NCBI RefSeq assembly: GCF_963976075.1
Contig: NZ_CAXBJH010000001.1
Length of the DNA stretch: 64,000 nucleotides
DNA from: an uncultured Hyphomonas sp.
GTDB taxonomy: Bacteria > Pseudomonadota > Alphaproteobacteria > Caulobacterales > Hyphomonadaceae
Strand: one strand, 5' to 3'
In this document: piece by piece, positions 38,056 through 48,106 of the stretch
Numbering within the stretch: the first letter of the stretch is position 1
How the letters are laid out: each line of letters starts with the position of its first letter
Position numbers and translations under genes: made by a program
Notes under the pieces: generated by a model
What the model saw: the letters and a program-made list of their open reading frames with translations, nothing else
Databases searched by the model: none
What the model was told of the DNA's origin: nothing

Positions 38056-38070
38056 TTAACCTGCATTAAC
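38056..38070. promoter_or_regulatory. TTAA-N6-TTAAC box
   Basis: TTAA-CCTGCA-TTAAC 20 nt upstream of the metallopeptidase ATG. Confidence 0.5.
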
Positions 38071-38090
38071 TGGCAAGAACGGAGTGGGAC

Positions 38091-38930
38091 ATGCGCTGGA
38101 AAGGTGGACGCAGAGGCGGAAACGTCGAGGACAGGCGCGGCATGAGCGGCGGCAAGCTCGCCGGCGGCGGTATCGGCTTTGTCCTGATCGCGCTGGTTGT
38201 GTCCTATTTCCTCGGCATTGATCCCCAGCCCCTGCTTGAAGCTGGCAGCGGCATGTCTTCCGGCCAACAGCAATCCGGCGAAGTCGGCACGCCCGAAGAT
38301 GAAGCCGGCCAGTTCGTTGATGTGGTCGGCACCAATGTGAATGATGTCTGGGCCGAACTGCTCGACGGCTACAAAAAGCCGAATACCGTCATCTACACGC
38401 AAGGCACGGGCACCGGCTGCGGCTATGGCCAGGCCGCGATGGGGCCTTTCTACTGCCCGGCCGACCAGACCATCTATCTTGATCTCTCCTTCTGGCAGCA
38501 GATGGAAACCCAGCTTGGCGCGTCCGGCGCGGATTTCGCACGCGCCTATGTCATCGCGCATGAATTCGGCCACCATGTGCAGACACTGACCGGCGCTTCG
38601 CAACAGGTTCGCAAGGCCCAGCAACAGGCGCGCAGCAAGGCCGAAGCCAACAAATATTCCGTCGCTCTGGAGCTGCAGGCCGACTGCTATGCCGGCGTCT
38701 GGGCCGCTCGTGCCGCAACGGCATCGAACGGAAAGGTTGCACTGGAGCGCGGCGACATGGAAGAAGGTCTGAAAACGGCCAATGCCATTGGCGACGACAT
38801 GCTGCAGAAGCGCTCCCAGGGTCGCGTGACGCCTGAAGCCTTCACCCACGGCTCTGCCGAGCAGCGCATGGAATGGCTGAGCCGCGGCTATCGCACGGGC
38901 GATCCACGCCAGTGTGACACGTTCAACTGA
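38091..38930 (+). CDS. neutral zinc metallopeptidase (YpfJ family)
   Basis: NVEDRRG, GPFYCPAD..IYLD, AHEFGHHVQ (HExxH), ELQADCYAG, FTHGS..QR..W. Confidence 0.93.
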   Translation: MRWKGGRRGGNVEDRRGMSGGKLAGGGIGFVLIALVVSYFLGIDPQPLLEAGSGMSSGQQQSGEVGTPEDEAGQFVDVVGTNVNDVWAELLDGYKKPNTVIYTQGTGTGCGYGQAAMGPFYCPADQTIYLDLSFWQQMETQLGASGADFARAYVIAHEFGHHVQTLTGASQQVRKAQQQARSKAEANKYSVALELQADCYAGVWAARAATASNGKVALERGDMEEGLKTANAIGDDMLQKRSQGRVTPEAFTHGSAEQRMEWLSRGYRTGDPRQCDTFN

Positions 38931-38977
38931 GCCCATCCGTCTCGGCGGAGGGCCGAGACAGGAAGGGAAAGGCCGAC

Positions 38978-40261
38978 ATGACCGACGGCAAGCCAATGGG
39001 GTTCGACACCCTGCAAATTCACGCGGGCGCAACCCCGGACCCGGCCACCGGCGCGCGCCAGGTGCCGATCTACCAGACGACAGCCTATGTCTTCCGCGAC
39101 GCTGACCACGCCGCCGCGCTCTTCGGCTTGCAGGAAGTCGGCTACATCTATTCTCGCCTGACCAATCCGACGGTCGCGGCGCTCGGCGACCGGATTGCCG
39201 CGCTCGAAGGCGGCGCAGGCGCAGTTTGCTGTTCCTCCGGCCATGCGGCGCAGATCATGGCCCTCTTCCCGCTGATGGCGCCGGGGCGCAACATCGTTGC
39301 CTCGACCCGCCTCTATGGCGGCACGATCACCCAGTTCAGCCAGACCTTCAAACGCTTCGGCTGGTCGGCCACCTTCGTGGACTTTGATGATCTCGACGCC
39401 GTGAAGGCCGCGATTGACGACGATACGCGCGCCATCTTCTGCGAGACCATCGCCAATCCGGGCGGTTATATCACAGATCTCGACGCGATTGCCGAAATCG
39501 CCGAGGGCGCGGGTATCCCGTTGATCGTCGATAATACGACGGCCACACCGTATCTCTGCCGCCCGATCGAGCATGGCGCGACCCTGGTCGTCCATTCGCT
39601 GACGAAATACATGACCGGCAATGGCACGGTGACCGGCGGCGCGATTGTCGATTCCGGCAAATTCGACTGGTCGGCCTCTGACAAATTCCCGTCCCTCTCC
39701 CAGCCGGAACCGGCCTATCACGGCCTGAAATTCCACGAGACGTTCGGCCCGGCCGCCTTCATGTTCCACGGCATCGCCGTGGGCCTGCGCGACCTCGGCA
39801 TGACGCTGAACCCGCAAGCGGCGCACTATACGCTGATGGGCATCGAGACGCTCTCCATGCGGATGGACAAGCATGTCGCCAATGCCAAGAAGATCGCGGC
39901 CTGGCTGGAGGGTCATGACGCGGTTTCCGGTGTCACCTATGCCGGGCTCGACTCCTCCCCCTACAAGGATCGCATCCCGAAAATCTGCCCGAAGGGCGCC
40001 GGAGCGCTGTTCACGGTCCAGCTGAAAGGCGGCTATGAAGCCTGCACAAAATTTGTCGGTGGCCTGAACCTGTTCAGCCATGTCGCAAACCTCGGCGACG
40101 CGCGCAGCCTGGTCATCCACCCCGCCTCGACTACGCACCGCCAATTGACCGAAGAACAGCAGATCGCCGCTGGCGCCGCGCCCAACACGGTCCGCCTCTC
40201 CATCGGCATCGAAGACGCCGATGATTTGATCGCAGATCTTGATCAGGCGCTGAAGGCTTAA
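38978..40261 (+). CDS. metY: O-acetylhomoserine aminocarboxypropyltransferase/sulfhydrylase
   Basis: PIYQTTAY, YSRLTNPT, DNT.ATP, HSLTKY (PLP Lys), NLGDA.SL..HPASTTH. Confidence 0.93.
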   Translation: MTDGKPMGFDTLQIHAGATPDPATGARQVPIYQTTAYVFRDADHAAALFGLQEVGYIYSRLTNPTVAALGDRIAALEGGAGAVCCSSGHAAQIMALFPLMAPGRNIVASTRLYGGTITQFSQTFKRFGWSATFVDFDDLDAVKAAIDDDTRAIFCETIANPGGYITDLDAIAEIAEGAGIPLIVDNTTATPYLCRPIEHGATLVVHSLTKYMTGNGTVTGGAIVDSGKFDWSASDKFPSLSQPEPAYHGLKFHETFGPAAFMFHGIAVGLRDLGMTLNPQAAHYTLMGIETLSMRMDKHVANAKKIAAWLEGHDAVSGVTYAGLDSSPYKDRIPKICPKGAGALFTVQLKGGYEACTKFVGGLNLFSHVANLGDARSLVIHPASTTHRQLTEEQQIAAGAAPNTVRLSIGIEDADDLIADLDQALKA

Positions 40262-40282
40262 GGCACGCCTTTGACCCAAAAG

Positions 40283-40312
40283 AAAAGGCGTCCCATCTGG
40301 GGCGCCTTTTTT
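40283..40312. terminator. bidirectional intrinsic terminator
   Basis: AAAAGGCGTCCC-ATCT-GGGGCGCCTTTT between convergent genes. Confidence 0.88.
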
Positions 40313-40324
40313 GGAGCTGACGAT

Positions 40325-40972
40325 TTACATCAAGGCATTCACGTCCGGAAACACATGATGAATATAGGGGCGCAATGGGTGTCGTTTTGGAAGGCCCAAT
40401 GCATAGTCAGCAGCCCGAAACACTCCTGACCATTCGACCGATGAATTTGGTCCATTCATGTCTTCGTCATTGATAAAGCTGACGAAGAGAAGATGAGCAT
40501 CAACGTTGTGAGCCCTCAAAAAGTCTAGATGCGCTATACGATTGGCATACTGAAAGAAAACTTTCGTCCAGTCGGATACCTCACGCGCTCCAAGTCTGGC
40601 GGAAACGCTCTCGAGAGCGGTATGGATCTTCGCCAAAGAACGTTCTGAAGCTTGCGATGCGGGCGAGAAAAATTCGTCGATATGCGCTTTGGCTTCCACC
40701 AAGATCGGCTTGTCACCCATGAGTCCTAGTGCGTCCCATTGAGGACCGCCTCTTGGCCAGAAATCCGCCAACGCCGTCTTGAGATGCCCTTGCCCTATGA
40801 CATCCAGAAAAGCAGCATCCCTGTACTCAGCGAAATTATCTACGCGTAGAGGCGACACCCAACGAATGTCCCCTGAAAGTGAAACAGGACGAAGCATCGC
40901 TCCGTCCTGTTCAATTGCTCTTTGCAGCCACTTCAGGCTTCCGCGAGTTCCCTCTGGTTGGGCCACCCGCAC
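40325..40972 (-). CDS. putative PD-(D/E)XK-fold nuclease (215 aa)
   Basis: PQWDALG...ILVEAKAHIDE motif; AT-richer codons; 6 nt downstream of the rpoD stop. Confidence 0.65.
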   Translation of the reverse strand: MRVAQPEGTRGSLKWLQRAIEQDGAMLRPVSLSGDIRWVSPLRVDNFAEYRDAAFLDVIGQGHLKTALADFWPRGGPQWDALGLMGDKPILVEAKAHIDEFFSPASQASERSLAKIHTALESVSARLGAREVSDWTKVFFQYANRIAHLDFLRAHNVDAHLLFVSFINDEDMNGPNSSVEWSGVFRAADYALGLPKRHPLRPYIHHVFPDVNALM

Positions 40973-40978
40973 GGGAGG

Positions 40979-42934
40979 CTACGTATCCAGGAAGCTGCGC
41001 AGTTTGCGGCTGCGGCTCGGATGCTTCAGCTTGCGGAGCGCTTTCGCCTCGATCTGGCGGATACGTTCGCGGGTTACCGAGAATTGCTGGCCGACTTCTT
41101 CCAGCGTGTGATCCGTGTTCATACCGATACCGAAGCGCATGCGCAGGACGCGTTCTTCGCGCGGCGTGAGCGAGGCGAGCACGCGAGTCGTCGTTTCGCG
41201 CAGATTCGACTGGATCGCGGCATCAACGGGCAGAAGCGCCATCTTGTCCTCGATGAAGTCGCCGAGGTTTGAATCCTCGTCGTCGCCAATCGGCGTTTCC
41301 AGGCTGATCGGTTCCTTGGCGATCTTCAGCACCTTGCGGATCTTCTCCAGCGGCAAGCCCAGCTTTTCGGCCAGTTCTTCCGGCGTCGGCTCGCGGCCGA
41401 TCTCGTGCAGCATCTGGCGCTGAGTACGGATGATCTTGTTGATCGTCTCTATCATGTGCACCGGAATACGGATCGTGCGGGCCTGGTCCGCGATAGACCG
41501 CGTGATCGCCTGACGAATCCACCATGTGGCATAGGTCGAGAATTTGTAACCGCGGCGGTATTCGAATTTGTCGACCGCCTTCATCAGGCCGATATTGCCT
41601 TCCTGGATGAGATCCAGGAATTGCAGGCCACGGTTTGTGTATTTCTTCGCGATGGAGATCACGAGGCGGAGGTTTGCCTCGACCATTTCCTTCTTGGCAA
41701 TACGCGCTTCGCGCTCGCCCTTCTGCACCGTCTGCACGATACGGCGGAAATCATCGATCGGAATACCGATTTCCTGCGCGATCTCGGAAATGTTGTCGCG
41801 GGACTCGGTGATCTCGGCTTCCTTGCCTTCGGCAAAGCGCTTCCACTTGGCCGACAGGCCCTTGACCGCGTCCAGCCAGTCCGGCTCCAGTTCGCGGCCG
41901 AAATAGTTCTCGAGGAATTCCTTGCGCGGCACGCCATAGGCATCGCCCATGCGCATCAGCTTGCCTTCCATGCCCATCAGCTTCTTGTTGATGGCATAGA
42001 GCTGTTCGACCAGCGCTTCGATCCGGGCATTGTTGATGTGGATCGTCTTCAGGTTTTCGACGATCGAGTTTGACAGCGAGTCATACTCTTCCTGAGCCTT
42101 CGGCGTCAGGTCCTTGCCTTCGAGGCGGCGGTTGACGAGCTTGTCCTGCAGCTTGCGGTATTTCGCAAAATCGTCGGCGATCTCGTCCAGCTTGGCCAGA
42201 ACGCCATCGCGCAGTTCGGCTTCCATGGCGGACATGGACATTGCCGCAGCATCATCCTCGTCCTCGTCGTCATCATCGTCAGACGATTCTTCGCCTTCGG
42301 CCTTGGCTTCGTCGGCTTCGTCTTCCTCTTCCTTGGGCTTTGGCTCAGGCGGCGGGTTTTCCGCGCCATATGTCGCCTCAAGGTCGATCAGGTCACGCAG
42401 CAGGATGCGCTCGTTCACAAGCTCGTCGCGCCACACCATCATGGCTTCGAAGGTCAGCGGGCTTTCGCACAGGCCGCGGATCATCGCGTCCCGGCCGGCC
42501 TCGATGCGTTTGGCAATCGCGATCTCGCCCTCGCGGGACAGCAGCTCGACGGCGCCCATTTCGCGAAGATACATACGGACCGGGTCATCGGTCCGGTCAG
42601 AGCCGCGCGCATTGCCCTTCTTGGCAACGACTTTCTTGTCTTCGATCTTGGTGAGGGCCTTGCCTTCGGCTTCGGCCTCTTCTTCGCTCTCGACGACGGC
42701 AATGCCCATTTCCGAGATCTGGGACATCACGTCCTCGATCTGGTCAGAGGTCATCTCGTCATTGGGAAGGAGAGCGTTGATCTCTTCATGGGTAATGAAG
42801 CCGCGCTTCTGAGCGCGCTTCAGGACCTTCTTGACGTCCGTCGCGTTGAAATCGACCAGGCCGTTTTCATTGTCCTTGTCGTCATCGCGGTCGCCGTCGC
42901 CTGAGACGTTCTTCTTCTTGGTGGCTGTTGCCAT
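40979..42934 (-). CDS. rpoD: RNA polymerase sigma factor RpoD
   Basis: [48 protein letters not shown], region 4 HTH. Confidence 0.98.
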   Translation of the reverse strand: MATATKKKNVSGDGDRDDDKDNENGLVDFNATDVKKVLKRAQKRGFITHEEINALLPNDEMTSDQIEDVMSQISEMGIAVVESEEEAEAEGKALTKIEDKKVVAKKGNARGSDRTDDPVRMYLREMGAVELLSREGEIAIAKRIEAGRDAMIRGLCESPLTFEAMMVWRDELVNERILLRDLIDLEATYGAENPPPEPKPKEEEDEADEAKAEGEESSDDDDDEDEDDAAAMSMSAMEAELRDGVLAKLDEIADDFAKYRKLQDKLVNRRLEGKDLTPKAQEEYDSLSNSIVENLKTIHINNARIEALVEQLYAINKKLMGMEGKLMRMGDAYGVPRKEFLENYFGRELEPDWLDAVKGLSAKWKRFAEGKEAEITESRDNISEIAQEIGIPIDDFRRIVQTVQKGEREARIAKKEMVEANLRLVISIAKKYTNRGLQFLDLIQEGNIGLMKAVDKFEYRRGYKFSTYATWWIRQAITRSIADQARTIRIPVHMIETINKIIRTQRQMLHEIGREPTPEELAEKLGLPLEKIRKVLKIAKEPISLETPIGDDEDSNLGDFIEDKMALLPVDAAIQSNLRETTTRVLASLTPREERVLRMRFGIGMNTDHTLEEVGQQFSVTRERIRQIEAKALRKLKHPSRSRKLRSFLDT

Positions 42935-42999
42935 TCAAATCTCTCCTGTGAGGAACCGGCTGCGCCTGCCGGGACCCTCCCAAAATAATGCCTGCCCTG

Positions 43000-43269
43000 T
43001 TAGCTTTCGCTGACTGTTCCTGCTGCCTCGTTCATGCGGTCCCGTAGGACCGTTCGGTTCTCAACGGGCTGGAGACGCCTGTGCCACATGCGTGACCGCA
43101 GGGTCGATCCCTCACTCGCAGCTTCCATGCCACGGTCAGGACCAGCCTCGTGTGAACGTCCGTCTACCAGATGATGCTCGGTGGCCTTGGGCCAGTCCAT
43201 TGCCTCGGGTTCAAAGACCGCGTTCAGAGGCGTTTCAGGATCGTTATTGAGCAGTTTGGCAGCGCGCAT
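43000..43269 (-). CDS. possible small protein in the dnaG-rpoD spacer (89 aa)
   Basis: ATG preceded by GGCAGGGAAC and an upstream TTGACC; no recognisable motif. Confidence 0.3.
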   Translation of the reverse strand: MRAAKLLNNDPETPLNAVFEPEAMDWPKATEHHLVDGRSHEAGPDRGMEAASEGSTLRSRMWHRRLQPVENRTVLRDRMNEAAGTVSES

Positions 43270-43343
43270 GTTCCCTGCCTACAGTAAATGGGCACGGAAT
43301 GCGTTGCGGTCAATAGGTTTTCCTGCGTTTGCGGCCGCATTGC

Positions 43344-45251
43344 CTACTTGTTGGAGCCATCCGGCTTGAACCAGGGGTTCTTCTCCTCGAACCGTTTCCA
43401 GAAATCGCCGATATTGGCCTTTCCCATCGCCTTTTCCTGCTGGTCGACCAGGACCCGCTCCTCATAGGCCTTGCGCTTCTCGGCCACGAGGCGGCGTTTC
43501 AGTTTGAGACGCCGCACCTCGTCATCCGCAGATGGGGCCGTATCGACCGGAATGAACACTTCGATCGCAGCTTTCCAGGACCGATAGGCCGGATCCTCGA
43601 CATTGATCCGCGACACCTGGCTCATATCGATATGGGACACCTCGCGCTCATGCCCTTCCCGCGCCAACAGTGCCAGCACGGCCTCGAAAGTAAGCTCCCT
43701 GTTTTCAATCAGGAAATCCACGATCAGGTCGCGCAGCCGGTTGGACATCGCATTGCGAAAATCGGCCGCAATCAGCGTTTCTTCCATGCCGGAGAGGATA
43801 CCCGGGCTGGCAATGGCCTGCATCAGCAACATCACGCCGGGGCTCTGCCGACCGCCGGTTTGCGGGCCCGTTGCCGTGATGCCGCCATAGGGGGATGCGC
43901 CGCCGTGCCCCCGTCCGCCGGGTTTGCCCTTGGTAAATGAAGTCTGACGCTTGGCCTGACGAATTTGCCAGAAATGATCCTTCATGCGGGCACGCAAGTC
44001 GCGCTCATAGGCGGCCTTCACGCCGGGATGCTTGATCTGCGCAGCGGCCTGCATCAGGCGCGCTTCCAGCCCGGCCTGACGTTCCGGTGTGTCCAGCGGC
44101 TCGGCATCGCGCTCGCGCAGCCAGAGCAGTTCCGACAGGGCGATTCGTCCGTCCAGCGCCTCGCCCATCGCCATCGGGCCGCGCTCACGGATGAGGTCAT
44201 CCGGGTCCATGCCGTCTGGCAACAGGACAAAGAACAGGGACCGGCCCGGCTCGACATGCGGCAGGGCGCGATCGACGGCGCGATAGGCCGCGCCCAGGCC
44301 TGCCCGGTCGCCATCGAAGCACAGAACGGGTTCGGGGCCGGCGCGCCAGAGCAAGCTGATCTGGTCCTCCGTCAGCGCCGTGCCCAACGGGGCCACGGCC
44401 TGCCCGAAGCCGGCCTCGGTCAGTGCAATGGCATCCATATAGCCTTCGCAGACAATCAGGCCGCCGCCCTCACCATGCCCCAGCGCCTCGCGCGCCGCCT
44501 TGTAGCGATAGAGCACCCGCGATTTGTGGAAGAGTGGTGTGTCGCCGGAATTGAGATATTTCGGCTTGGCATCCGGCGTCAGCCCCCGCCCGCCAAAGGC
44601 AATGATCCCGCCCCGGCTGTCCGGGATCGGAAACATCAGGCGCCCCCGGAAGGCATCATAGGGCTCGCCGCCCTTGTCGCTTTCCTTGGTCAGGCCCGCT
44701 TCAAGGATTTCGGCGGGCGTGAATCCTTCCGCTTTCAGGTGCGCGCTCGTCTTGCGCCAATCATCCGGCGCATAGCCGAGCCTGTGGCGCTTCCAGGCAG
44801 CAGGTTTTAATCCCCTGCCCTCAAGATACTCGCGCGCGGCGGCCCCTTCAGACGATTGCAGCCGTTCTTCGAAATACGACGCTGCTGCCTCGCAGACTTC
44901 CTGCAACCGTTTGCGATGATCATAGGCTTCGGCGGCGCGCGGATCGGACTTCGGCAATTCCATGCCGGCCTCTTCGGCGAGCTTCTCGACCGCCTCCATG
45001 AAGGAAAGCCGCTCGGTCTCCATCACGAAGCTGATGACGTCTCCGCCCATGCCGGAGGAGAAGCATTTGAAGATGCGTTTCTGGTCGTTGACGTAGAAGC
45101 TTGGCGTCTTCTCCGCGGTAAATGGCGACAGGCCGACCCATTCCTTGCCCTTCTTGGTCAGCTTCACCTTGCGGCCGATCACGTCCGAAGGCCGGATGCG
45201 GGCCTTCAGTTCATCAACGAAACCATCGGGAATGCGAATGGGCGAACTCAT
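43344..45251 (-). CDS. dnaG: DNA primase
   Basis: Alphaproteobacterial SPF..EKTPSF zinc-binding variant, KYLNS, CEGYMD, FDGD.AG, PDG.DPDD. Confidence 0.96.
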   Translation of the reverse strand: MSSPIRIPDGFVDELKARIRPSDVIGRKVKLTKKGKEWVGLSPFTAEKTPSFYVNDQKRIFKCFSSGMGGDVISFVMETERLSFMEAVEKLAEEAGMELPKSDPRAAEAYDHRKRLQEVCEAAASYFEERLQSSEGAAAREYLEGRGLKPAAWKRHRLGYAPDDWRKTSAHLKAEGFTPAEILEAGLTKESDKGGEPYDAFRGRLMFPIPDSRGGIIAFGGRGLTPDAKPKYLNSGDTPLFHKSRVLYRYKAAREALGHGEGGGLIVCEGYMDAIALTEAGFGQAVAPLGTALTEDQISLLWRAGPEPVLCFDGDRAGLGAAYRAVDRALPHVEPGRSLFFVLLPDGMDPDDLIRERGPMAMGEALDGRIALSELLWLRERDAEPLDTPERQAGLEARLMQAAAQIKHPGVKAAYERDLRARMKDHFWQIRQAKRQTSFTKGKPGGRGHGGASPYGGITATGPQTGGRQSPGVMLLMQAIASPGILSGMEETLIAADFRNAMSNRLRDLIVDFLIENRELTFEAVLALLAREGHEREVSHIDMSQVSRINVEDPAYRSWKAAIEVFIPVDTAPSADDEVRRLKLKRRLVAEKRKAYEERVLVDQQEKAMGKANIGDFWKRFEEKNPWFKPDGSNK

Positions 45252-45322
45252 ATGAGCCGAGTGTAGCCCCATTGGGGAATTGGGGAAACGCTCCCCTGCC
45301 TGTCTGGGCGGTGGAAAAGCAC

Positions 45323-45348
45323 AAAAAAGGCCCCGCGCGAGCGGGGCC
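45323..45348 (-). terminator. intrinsic terminator after the PRC-barrel gene
   Basis: GGCCCCGC/GCGGGGCC stem followed by six T on the minus strand. Confidence 0.85.
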
Positions 45349-45371
45349 AGATCTGCTGCTATGGAATTGGC

Positions 45372-46154
45372 TTAGTCGATGTCAGCCGTGAACCCCATTG
45401 CGGAGTTGAATTCCTGTTCGGTGAGGTCAATCACGACTTCACCATCGCTGTCGCCTTGGGCAACCATGATCTTGGCCGGATCGATCAGAAAGCGCTGGTC
45501 AGTCACAGCTTCCACGATGCCATCAGAGACGACCGCATATTTGGCTTGGCCATCGGTCCTCACGATCAGGTCGGTGACGCGCACGTCCTTGTCGTTGAAG
45601 GCCAGATTGACGTTCGTGCCGGTCAGCTCCGAAGCCAGACGGTAGTCGTTCATGCCGTTCTGCTCGAACTCCTGGAGGTCATCCAGCATCTCTTCGGTCA
45701 GATCCATACGGGCAGCGGGCTCGCCTTCCTCGTCGAACCAGATCGTAGCCTGTTCAAAGGAGACAGCGTGCAGTTCGCCAGCAAAGCCATCGCGGATGAT
45801 GAGCATGGGCTGTTCGCCGCCAGAGGCCAGCATCACGTCTTCAATCTCGCCGACTTCCTCGCCATTCGAATCCACGACTTCTTCGCCAATCAGGTCGGAA
45901 GTCAGGAATTCACCGGAGGTCAGGACGTAATCATCGCGATCCATGTCCGCCATCCGGGCGTTGTCGGTACGGTCCTCCACGGCTGCATCACCATAAGCCG
46001 CATCGTCATTCTCGTAATCACGATCATAGGTGGCGGTTTCGGTCATCGCCGTCGTATCGGTTTCTGCCGTCTGGGTATGGGTATCAGCGCCGGAACAAGC
46101 GACCACACCCATCATCAGGGCAACCGCACTCGTAGTCAGAAAAAGCCGTTTCAT
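45372..46154 (-). CDS. PRC-barrel domain lipoprotein
   Basis: VVA-C lipobox; S.LIGEEVV...GEEVGEI.DV and ASEL.G.NV tandem PRC-like repeats. Confidence 0.8.
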   Translation of the reverse strand: MKRLFLTTSAVALMMGVVACSGADTHTQTAETDTTAMTETATYDRDYENDDAAYGDAAVEDRTDNARMADMDRDDYVLTSGEFLTSDLIGEEVVDSNGEEVGEIEDVMLASGGEQPMLIIRDGFAGELHAVSFEQATIWFDEEGEPAARMDLTEEMLDDLQEFEQNGMNDYRLASELTGTNVNLAFNDKDVRVTDLIVRTDGQAKYAVVSDGIVEAVTDQRFLIDPAKIMVAQGDSDGEVVIDLTEQEFNSAMGFTADID

Positions 46155-46188
46155 TTCAAAGTCCTTTCGTTGTAATCAACGTACAACC

Positions 46189-46214
46189 AACGGACCCATC
46201 AAGGGCTTTGTTCC
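46189..46214 (-). promoter_or_regulatory. EcfG/sigmaT-type promoter GGAAC-N17-CGTT
   Basis: Minus strand GGAAC (46214-46210), 17 nt, CGTT (46192-46189), upstream of the PRC-barrel gene. Confidence 0.78.
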
Positions 46215-46247
46215 AACCTTTCGCAGAATTAACCAGCGTGTCGCTGC

Positions 46248-46760
46248 TTACTTGGCGGCGGCCTTCTGGCCGGTCAGCGCCTTGCGCATCACCTTGCCGG
46301 CCGTGCCGGATTCGATCTTGCCGGGATAACGCTGTTTCAGCGCCGACATGCACCGGCCGATATCCTTCAGCTTGGTGGCGCCAAGGTCATCGACCACTTC
46401 TTCCACAGCGGCTTCCAGCGCCTTTGTCCCGAGGGGCTCCGGCAGGAATTTTCGTATAATCTCGATTTCTTCGCGCTCACGGATCGCATCCTCGATCCGG
46501 CCGGCATCGTCATGTTCACGCGCGGCGGTCTCGCGCTGCGCAATCATGGTATCGAGCACATTGCGCACATCGGCATCCGGACAGCCTTCACTGTCGCCAC
46601 GCCCACGGGCACACACATCCCGGTCACGAATAGCCGCATCAATCAGGCGCAAGGTCGACAGGCGGGTGGTACAGCCCTCGTCCTTTTCGCGCTCGGCATT
46701 CAATGCCTGAGCCACACGCGCTTTCAGCGACATCATGTCAGATTTATCTTCCTGGCCCAT
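46248..46760 (-). CDS. GatB/YqeY domain protein
   Basis: RLSTLRLI.AAI.DR, MI.QR, E.EII..FLP, KD.G..M..LK..Y.G; next to carA. Confidence 0.88.
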   Translation of the reverse strand: MGQEDKSDMMSLKARVAQALNAEREKDEGCTTRLSTLRLIDAAIRDRDVCARGRGDSEGCPDADVRNVLDTMIAQRETAAREHDDAGRIEDAIREREEIEIIRKFLPEPLGTKALEAAVEEVVDDLGATKLKDIGRCMSALKQRYPGKIESGTAGKVMRKALTGQKAAAK

Positions 46761-46890
46761 TCAAAATACGCCTTTCACACCAGCAACGTTCGACTATGCT
46801 TGACGTTGCAGGGACTCAGTCCCATTACCCGGAAAAATGTCGGCGGAGAGAGTTAACCGTCTGACAATGATCCCGGAAGGCAAGCCAAAT

Positions 46891-48072
46891 ATGTCCGAAC
46901 ACAGCAAAAAGCAAGCCAGCTCAACTGCGACGGGAGCTATTGCCTTGGCAGACGGCACTATTTTCCTGGGGAAAGGGGCCGGCGCCGAGGGGGTTCATGT
47001 CGGGGAATTGTGTTTCAATACAGCGATTACCGGCTATCAGGAGATCCTGACCGACCCCTCCTATTCATCCCAGATCGTGCTGTTTACCTTTCCGCATGTC
47101 GGAAATGTGGGCGCAAACCCGGATGACCATGAGGAATCTTCGGTGCCGGGCGCAAATGGCGCCTGTGGCACGATTTTCCGCGAGCCGATCACGGCGGCCT
47201 CGAACTGGCGCTCCGGCGAGGAATTCGGCGACTGGCTGACCCGCCGCAACATTGTTGCCCTGTCGGGCGTCGACACCCGCGCCATCACGCGGATCGTGCG
47301 CGAAAAGGGCATGCAGAAAGCCGCCATCTGCCACAAGCCGGATGGCAATATCGACCTCGATGCCCTGATCGAGACCGCCCGCGCCTGGAATGGTCTGGAA
47401 ACGGCCGATCTCGCGGCAGATGTCGATACGGAGGCCCCCTTCGAGAATGCCCAGCGCCTCTGGCAAATTTCCGGCGGCTATAGCGACATGGCCGATGCCA
47501 AGCATCACGTCGTGGTGGTCGATTTCGGCGTGAAAAAGAACATCCTGCGCAATCTGGCCCAGGCGGGCATCCGCGCCAGCATCGTCAATGGCGATTCCAC
47601 GGCAGACGAGATTTTCGCCCTCAATCCCGATGGCGTGGTCTTTTCCAATGGTCCGGGCGACCCGGCAGCGACGATTGCCCGCTCCGGCGACATGATCCGC
47701 GCGGTCATTGACAAGGGCCTGCCAATCCTCGGCATCTGCCTCGGTCACCAGCTGCTCGCCCTCGCACTCGGCGCCAAGACGATGAAGATGAGCCAGGGCC
47801 ATCATGGCGCCAACCATCCGGTGAAAGACCTCGTCACCGGCAAGGTCGAGATCGTGTCGATGAATCATGGCTTCACCGTCGACCCGGCAACCCTGCCGGA
47901 GGGCGTGCAAGAGAGCCATCGCTCCCTGTTTGACGGCACCAATTCCGGTCTCGCCGTGAAGGACCGCCCAATCATCTCTGTGCAGCACCATCCCGAGGCC
48001 AGCCCCGGCCCGCAGGACAGCTTCTACCTGTTCCAGCGCTTCGCGGACCTGATGGCGGACCACAAGGCCTGA
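46891..48072 (+). CDS. carA: carbamoyl-phosphate synthase small subunit
   Basis: [42 protein letters not shown]. Confidence 0.97.
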   Translation: MSEHSKKQASSTATGAIALADGTIFLGKGAGAEGVHVGELCFNTAITGYQEILTDPSYSSQIVLFTFPHVGNVGANPDDHEESSVPGANGACGTIFREPITAASNWRSGEEFGDWLTRRNIVALSGVDTRAITRIVREKGMQKAAICHKPDGNIDLDALIETARAWNGLETADLAADVDTEAPFENAQRLWQISGGYSDMADAKHHVVVVDFGVKKNILRNLAQAGIRASIVNGDSTADEIFALNPDGVVFSNGPGDPAATIARSGDMIRAVIDKGLPILGICLGHQLLALALGAKTMKMSQGHHGANHPVKDLVTGKVEIVSMNHGFTVDPATLPEGVQESHRSLFDGTNSGLAVKDRPIISVQHHPEASPGPQDSFYLFQRFADLMADHKA

Positions 48073-48106
48073 TCCGGGCCTGCGCGCCCTGACAATCGAA
48101 CCAGAC

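Noticed and set aside
38931-38977. SAM riboswitch upstream of metY
   Set aside because: Only 47 nt containing one simple hairpin (GTCTCGGC/GCCGAGAC); no SAM-II/SAM-alpha pattern.
42240-42360. Low-complexity acidic repeat tract in rpoD
   Set aside because: The normal acidic non-conserved region of sigma70.
43344-43700. Unfamiliar, charged C-terminus of DnaG as a possible gene-end replacement
   Set aside because: No flanking duplication or clear compositional break seen, and primase C-termini are variable; it cannot be supported without alignments.
46811-46823. GGGACTCAGTCCC palindrome with GANTC upstream of carA
   Set aside because: Short, single occurrence, no matching known motif; may be chance.
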